Source: Phoronis australis (taxonomy: Eukaryota > Animalia > Phoronida). Taken from it: a DNA stretch of 64,000 nucleotides. The notes under the pieces were generated by a model that was not told the origin of the DNA, did not search any database, and saw only the letters and a list, made by a program, of their open reading frames with translations. The translations under genes were made by a program, and so were the position numbers. Positions 39,901 to 48,900 of this stretch are shown here, in pieces. The stretch is from assembly GCA_002633005.1 (NCBI GenBank), contig NMRA01000041.1, positions 935,294 through 999,293 on the forward strand, in the 5' to 3' direction. Positions within the stretch are counted from its first letter, which is position 1, and the number at the start of each line of letters is the position of its first letter.

Positions 39901-42900
39901 CATTCTATGGTACAAATGGCCTTACAGGCACCACAAGAATCTCATCTACAATGACAAAGCACAAAACTGCGAACAAAGTTAAGAAAAAAATGAAAGCCAG
40001 ATGAACAATACAAAAGTGTTCATCGCAAAGGATGTGCACTGCAAACATTCGAACATCTGTGAATTATGTCTCATCACAAAGTAATCCATTTTCATTCATA
40101 CAATACAGCATACAGATGTTGTAGAATATTTTAAAAAATATTTCTCGCTTACACAACCAGCGGCAGACGTCAAGTAATAAATCATTAGTACTTCCTATAC
40201 CACAGAACATTTTAATTTCCTGGCATGAAATCATTCTCTAGCAAACCATTGCCTACACCTCATTTTGATTGATATCAATTCATATCAGACTGATGATAAA
40301 TGATCATCAGGCCAATATCAAGTCTCATCATCACTCATAGCATCATCATTAAGGGAGAACCTCTTTTGATCATTTATCATAAGGGCTGTTCCAGTAAAAT
40401 CCGTGTGGGAGGGGGGGGACGGCAGTAGAAATAAAAATTCATGGGTGGTGGTCTTCAGAAAAAAACCCAAATTATGGGTGGTCGTTCCTTTAAGAAATTA
40501 TGCATTAAAAATGGGTGGTATTTTTTTACCAGTTATGTTGACAGGTTGGTTACTTCAGCCAAACACATCTCCAAAGAAATCAAAACTCAAAAAATGCAAT
40601 TGGCATATATCCTAACTTATCCCAATAAAAAAAAGCCCATATTGCCAGTGAACAGAGTGCAATATGTTCACTAAGCCATTAATCAAGTCATGGGCAACTT
40701 GATTTGGGCCAATTGTTTGTCTGCAGTCCTATTGAATTGAAAAGTTATGCAACACTAAACTGGTGTTAACACATATAAGAAAATTGATGATTTTTAAATA
40801 AAAAGTATGAGGAGTAAGATAAACAAGTTCCAATATTCACTTGACATAGAAGTACAAAAGAGTTCGTGGAGACAGTTTGAGATTCATAGATCTTTATAAT
40901 TGAAAAAATGTTCATTGAAATTATAGACACACGGTGAACAGAGACACCTGGTGGCTGCCANGCCTTACAGGCACCACAAGAATCTGATCTATAATGACAA
41001 AGCACAAAACTGCGAACAAAGTTAAGAAAAAAATGAAAGCCAGATGAACAATTATACAAACGTGTTCATCGCAAAAGATGTACACTGCAAACATCAGAAT
41101 GTCTGTGAATTCTGTCTCATCACAAAGTAAACCATTTTCATTCATACAATACAGCATACAGATGTTGTAGAATACTTTAAAAAATATTTCTCGCTTACAC
41201 AACCAGCTGCATACGTCAAGTAATAAATTAAAATTATTAGTACCACCTATATCACAGACCATTTTAATTTCATGGCATGAAATTGTTCTCTAGCAAACCA
41301 GTGCCTACACCTCATTTTGATTGATATCAATTCATATCAGACTGATGATAAATGATCATCAGGCCAATATCAAGTCTCATCATCACTCATAGCATCATCA
41401 TTAAGGGAGAACCTCTTTTGATCATTTATCATAACTCAGTGATAAGAAATCATACAAATAATCATGACAGATGATAGACTTTGGGTGAAATATTATATCA
41501 ACCGTTAATAATGTCTTCTCCACGACTATTTATTTCATATTGTACCATTCATATGAATTCACACAAATGGCTGATAAGAATGCAATACTTTGCAATAGGT
41601 TAATAATATCAACCACAGTTGGCCAGGTACACCAACCTTGTAGGCACTGGCATGTATAATTCTGCAGACCGTCCTCGCACGTAGAGTTATTGGTACAATT
41701 ATTGGATGAGCAATAATCAATGTCCGTCTCACAGAGACTTCCCATGAATCCATCGGCGCAGTAACACGTGAAATTCTGGTATACTTCAAAATCTTGGCAC
41801 GTTCCGTTATTCAGGCATGTGGTAGAGTTGCATTGTGGGATGTAGGTATCGCAGTTTTTCCCAGTATATCTTTCACTGCATGAGCACGTGTATTGTGTAC
41901 TGCCAACGGGCGTACATGTAGAATTGTGCTGACACGGACTGAAGCTGCAGTTGTTTAGAGGGATTTCACAATTCACCCCTGAAAATAAAATGAACAGGAA
42001 TCCATCACCCTAACGTATGTTGACCTTTTACATAAGATAAACGATTAATTGGCTTGTAAGAATAATTACAGCAACGTAATTTAAAGCCGCATTCCGCCCA
42101 GTTTATATGGCTAAAAACAAACATCGACTTCGGAATCTTATTCGTATAAAATCAGTCTCCTAATATTTCTTACTTATGCAGGATTCTATTTTCGCTACAA
42201 ACAAAAACATTGAAACCATCAGCGACTCAATATAAAATACGCTTCAAAGTCAATTGGAGTAAGCCAACCCTAAAATTGCGAATTCAAAAATGGAGCTCAA
42301 TTATAGTACTACGTCGAGGGTTCAGATCATAAGTGGTATTTTTTGCAGAGGTAAAGAATGACAAAGATGTTTTACATCAGTTTAAACTTAATTTGGGACT
42401 CCAAAAGCTTGCGCATACATGTTCAAGTAATTGTACGTACCTCCAAACAAGGCCGAGTTACACTGGCACACATACTGGTTGACCTCATCAATACATTTTC
42501 CGCCATTTTGACATGGATTACAAGAGCACTCGTCTAAATCAACCGAGCAGTTATAACCCTGAAACAAAACGAGGCGTTTGCAAAGCAATCTAACAGCATG
42601 AGGAGAAGAGATTAAAACGTGTAACACTGAAAGAACACCCAACAGGAGCTATGTAAAGCATTGAAATACACTCACAACTACTGCACCACAAACAGTGCTT
42701 TGAGGGCTATTACAATATCAAAGCTGAAATCAACATTTCTGAAAAGTACAATAGAACCCAAGCACGGACAGCACCTTCTCAACATTTAATACTGAGATAT
42801 GAAGATGTATCACTCATGCCTTGTTTTAATGGTATCTCACAGCATTCATTTCATTGTGTTACCACAGTGCAACCTATAAAACTTACTGTGTATCCAGGAA

Positions 42901-45900
42901 GACACTGACAAGTGTATCCAGCAACAAGGTCCACACAGGTAGCATTGTTCAAGCAAGGTTCACGTGAGCAGTCATCAATGTTGATGTCACATACAGTGCC
43001 TTCAAACCCTGTCATGCAGTCACACCTAAAGATACCACATTATATTCTGGTCAATAATGTAGGACATCACATTTTCTATGATCAATAACCTAGGATATCA
43101 CATTTACTCCAGTCAGCAACGCAAGTTATCACATCATACTCTGGTCAATAAGCAAGGAAATCATATTATACTTTGGTCAATAACGTCGGATATCACGTTA
43201 TGTTCTGGTCAATAACACAAGATATTACACTACACTCTAGTCAGTAATGTAGGATATCTCATTACACTCAATACGCTAGTATATCACATTTAGTTAGACT
43301 CTAGTGCCCTGTAACATGAAAATTCCCTAATAGGGACTCAAGACAAATGAGGTTCCTAAATCTATTGTGTATTTGTTGACTTCTGAAAAACACTGATTGT
43401 CCTTTCATATGCTGGTTCAGAGCCATCACTGCTAAAGTCATTTTGGATTGGATACAAATCCGAGAGGGAATCCTATTTTGAATTCTCAAAATATTGAAAA
43501 CAAGTAGGTAACTTCTCATGCAAGACTGCAAATTTAAAGACTAAGTCCCTATTTATTATTGTTGAACTAAGGGCTTAGTTTTTAATAATATTTTTCTAAA
43601 AATCTCATTAGTCAAAGAGGAGCTTGTAATAAAGTGATAACTTGATAGAAAAAGATAACTTCTGTTTAATAGTAAAGAACGACACAATACGCAATATTTG
43701 TAGGAAACTTAGTTGAGTTCATATTTGGGAATGTTTCATGCAATTGATTAAAAAAAATCACAATTTTTATCCCGGGCTTACTTCAGAATTTAAAGCATAA
43801 ATGGCGATACGCTTATAAAGAAAACAAAGAAGAGAAACAAGAAAAAAACTACAAATTAATCTGCTGCAAAATATAAACTAAACTGAATTTTTAATGTAAA
43901 ATTCAAAACTGAGAATTTTTGCCATTTCTTTCAACAAAACAACTGGGGTAAAGTCTCACCAGTTTCAGCAAAAAATAATCGCCAAACTACCCTTTTTTAC
44001 TTTTCAAGTTCGTGAACACACACATTTTTCAAAATACTATCTGAAGCTAGCTATGGTACAGAACTTGAATACGATAAAACATTAATTTGACGCTACACAT
44101 CTTTCACCAAAAAAATGAGAAAGTAAAAGTTGATTTGTCCGCCATATTGTGTCCTGAATTGGTGAGATTTAACCGTTACATAGTTACACAGGAAGGTGAC
44201 ACAAACCTGAACCCATTGACGAGGTCGCGACATGTTGATCCATTCTGACATGGGCTACTGCCACACTCATCAACATTCTCCGTACAATTGACACCTGTCC
44301 ATCCCGCCGCACAGTGACACTCGTAAAGGTCGAGGACCGGTGTACAGGTAGCTCCATTTTTGCACACCTGGAAAGGACCAAAGTGGAGGTAGTCACATCA
44401 TACAAACAGTTTATTGGTATTAGTTTGTAGGTTGTAGGGAAACACACCGATGACTTGGATATTTTTAAATTCATCGTAATATGTTTCAGTGTTGAACTAG
44501 GACTCAACACAAGCTGTCCGTGTACCTACTGACTTTTTTAGTCAGACACGTGAACATTTGCTCAAGTATACCTTCAAAACTTGGCAGTAATCCACATCGC
44601 TTTCACAGTGGCGGCCAAAAAACCCTTGCGGACAAGAGCAGTTGTACCCATTGACCCCGTCGACACATGTTGCTCCGTTCTGGCACGGCTGTGACTGGCA
44701 CTCATCTATGTTTACACTGCAATTATTGCCTGTAAACAAAATGGAAATTTTGGAATAAAAAATTTACCAAGCTAATAACAAGTACAGTTCCAGTGATAAT
44801 GATGCTTAGCCTATTAGTACTGGAATTTTGTATCCAGGCTACTGCCATCAAATTACCAATTGTTATGCAATGTGGTGTCAAAACATCACAACCATTTTGT
44901 CACATAGCAGTTAATGAGCTAAATCATAGGAGTCAATGAACTAGTGTGTCATGAAAAAATGTACCAGGACTGGCACACAATGAATTGGTGAGTTATGAAG
45001 AATGTACCAGGACTGGCACACAATGAATTGGTGAGTTATGAAGAATGTACCAGGACTGGCATTCAATGAAAGTGTGTTATGAAGTATGTACTAGGACTGG
45101 CATACAATGAAAGTGTGTTATGAAGTATGTACCAGGACTGGCATACAATGACAGTGTGTTATGAAGTATGTACCAGGACTGGCATACAATGAAAGTGTGT
45201 TATGAAGTATGTACCAGGACTGGCATACAAGTTCCCTGCTTTGAAAACAGTGAATTTAAATCAAGACCACATAAGGCTAAAGAGCAACGTTCATTAAAGT
45301 ACACACATCAGAATTTCATTAATGAGAAGACGAACAAATATCACCGATTACGTAAAACCCTGTTGTAAGCATAAGTATGCATGACCTTTTGCCTGTGACT
45401 TTTCATACTGACCTTCGAACCCTTCAGCACATTTGCATGTGAACTGCAGGCCAATATCCCCATCAACACAGGTAGCTCCATTCTGACACACACCCACAGC
45501 CAGGCCTTGGCACACGTCAATGTTGACCTCACATCTGTCGCCCTCGTAACCTGTACAACACAAGATGACACCATAGCAGCAATAGGAAGAGATAATGACA
45601 AACACAACATGGCAATTAGACATAGACACTACATTTTCAAAAAAATACAATACCTTGATCGCTTATTGTAGGACTGCACGAAAAAAAATCAAAAAAGATA
45701 GGTTACTTGATATTGACATTATTTATAATTAAAATATTTTATTTATATTGATACTTGGTAAGGAAATAAGTTAGCTTGATGTTTTCGTATAACAGGGTTA
45801 TCGACTTCTAAGAGCATTGTACTTTCATGTGACTAGGCTAACTGATATTTCAAGACATGACTACATACACAAACCACGACACCTTTCACCAATATATCTC

Positions 45901-48900
45901 ATGGCACAACATTTGTCAATGTTCTCAAAAGGGGCTGAATATCAGTTATGGAACCAATTTAGTGCTGGGGGTGTAAGTTCATAAACACACTCCATAAAGC
46001 CAAATTTACGCAAGATCGATAAGAAACCCGTACTTTTGCAATCAGTGTTTTATCTGTATTATTCAAATGACAATTGAAATGTAGCAGTACTTGAGTATCA
46101 GTGTTCTCCACAACCTGTTTTGACACGTCACAGCATGGAGATTGAATTTAGTCGTGACGAGTTAGGCTTACTTGCATCAAGTTTGAAAGCATATGAAACG
46201 AGTTTGCAGTATTGGTAGATCAGTCATTTCTTAAGCAATTTTGTACATTTTGGATTTTTGGTGCCAGATCTATATATTTATTCCAAGACTTAGCATAGAA
46301 GCTCCACGCAGTACGGATTTGGACTTTCAAATACGTACATGAATTTTGTTAATTCCTATCAAGTTTGACTTTTCTATTGTGGAGAACACTGAGTATCTGG
46401 GTGCAGCCCTACCAATAAACCTGCTCTGTCACTTCATTATAGCTTCGCAGTGACTAGCACAGGGAAACAAAACTTTTGAGAATCTGCAAAAATTTGAAGT
46501 AAAATTTTAATTTTCAAATAATATTATGCTTTCCTTTTGGGTTCTAGCCATAACTTTGATGAACCTAGGCATTTTTTTATGAAACTTGTTAATATTTTAG
46601 GTCTACCGCAGATGATTAATCACCAATAACCTTCCTTCAAATTAAGAAAACTGACCCGTGCCCATCCACAGTAGAGTTGTGGGATACCTTCATTTAATAC
46701 CACTAGGTGACTGAAATTTCACTGAGTATACCTTGTATACAAGGTATACTCAGTATGCAGAGAGCTCTTTTGCTTCAGGAATCCTTCATTTGCACACCTT
46801 CACCAAAATGCAGGATCAACTGCAATCGAACAGTGCAAACAAATCTGCCTCAGTCCCTGAAAAGGTCAACTGCTTCATGGTAGTCTCCCACTTTCACAAA
46901 TAAAATCATGTGTACAGTAATCTTAATGGTCAAAATTCCATGGCTTAGACTAGAGCCAATATATTAGATAAAAAGAACAACACAAACCTAGCGGACAGGA
47001 ACAGTTGTAGATATTCAGACCCTGTGAACATGTCCCGTTGTTCAGGCACGGTGAAGACAAACACTCGTTAATATCCACATTACAGTTGGCACCTACAAAC
47101 AAAACATTTTGTCCATATATTTTTTCTTTGCTCCATATATAAATTTGCAAATATCAGCAATGCTGTGTCCACCAGACAAAATTCACTGGACACTTTTTGG
47201 TGTTGATTTGGTTATCATTTAATAAATTTCAACACGCAGTTGTAATTATCTTCATTAAACACGCTTTCAACATCCACTATCATCTGATTTTTAGTTGAGT
47301 GAAACAAGATGATTACAACTACAATGATCAAATGTAATGTTGAAAGGAAGTGAACAGATTTAAACTTTTATCCTCTGACAACAGCAACCTTACCTGTGTA
47401 TCCAGGAAGACAGACACATTTGAAGGTGGGCTGCCCAGATGGTTCTAATATGTCAACACAGGTGGCGCTAGTGGAACACGGGTCATACTGACAGTAATAG
47501 TCCACCTCGCTGCACCTGTCACCCGTCCAACCCGGTGGGCACTGACAGGTAAGGACCCCCTGCAGGGAGATCACACACACACCTGCAACAGAAGCATTCA
47601 GTTAAAAATCAAATCAAAGATCAAAAGCCAAATTTTGCATATTGCAGTACAGGAGTGACCATAGTGTAAACATAACTTGACTTGCATTGAAAAATCGTCG
47701 CAAGTTAAAGTGGTCTTGAGCTCATTTTAACACCACCATAACTCTGAAGTGTTGGAAAAACCAGTCGCGATGTGTGATTACTTAGAAAGAATGTGTACAT
47801 ATGGTTGAATTTGTCATTGTTTAAATGAATAGTCCATGTAACTCCAGTGTTTGGATGGTCACTTGAACAACTAGTAATACGTCGATTAATTGAAGAATGT
47901 TTGATGAAGCCATCCATGCACATGAATATTTCTTATTACTTCAATTTTCCCTTGTATTCGACAAAACTGAGTATTTTGACAGTGTTATTTTGCGACCAGA
48001 GTGTAGAACAAGCCATGCTTACAAGGAAGTATTAAACATTTTATTTAGGATGACAATTTTTTATTAAAAAGTTACACCTTAACACACCTGGGCTGGGTTG
48101 CATAAAACTTCAAAATTATCCACTGGATAAGTTTGATTGTTGTGTCATGTCACGTGCATTGTTCAACAATAACATGGCGCATGATAATGCGACATCATTG
48201 TTGCTAAGCAACGTATAACTTTCATGCAACAGGGCCCTGGTCACAACTTGTTCCTAACATGAGATGAAAAGTGATTCCTAAGCTTGGGGAGAATTTATAG
48301 TTCATTATTGCTAGAGCCCATCATGCTGGCAACATAAAATCTTCCCCCATAATAAGCCAACTTGTCTAGCCTGATTGCAAGTAACTACCAACTCTCACAT
48401 CTTCCTTAATCAAACAGTGAACACCTGTAATCTGAGAGAGGAACAAGCAGAGACTGATTTTACAATGGCAAGAGCCTTAAATTGAAAATTTTCCACAGAA
48501 GGCACGAGTTTACAGAACAGTATGACAACCCAAGTCTTACCTCCATTTATACACGTGTCGTTTGTGCAACGATTGGTGAAAGACTGGCACCTCGTTCCAG
48601 TATATGCAGCTAAACATTGACATGTGTAACCTCTGACCTTTGGCACACAAGTCCCTTCATTTTCACATGGAGAACTTAAGCAATAGTTGACCATCTGACT
48701 GCAGTTTTTACCAGTGTAGCCCGGTAAGCAGGAGCACGAGTAATCGTTGACAAGGTCGATGCATGACGAGTTCACAGCACAAGGACTAGAAGCACAGTCG
48801 TCAATGTCAACTTCACAGTGTCGCCCTATAGAATAAAATACAGGAAGTGATATATTTATATGAACACATCCATCTGTTTACAACTGGTCAAAGAACAAAG

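Noticed and set aside
44945-45230. Regular 41-43 bp repeats resembling a CRISPR array
   Set aside because: Head-to-tail minisatellite without unique spacers, in a eukaryotic intron with no cas genes.
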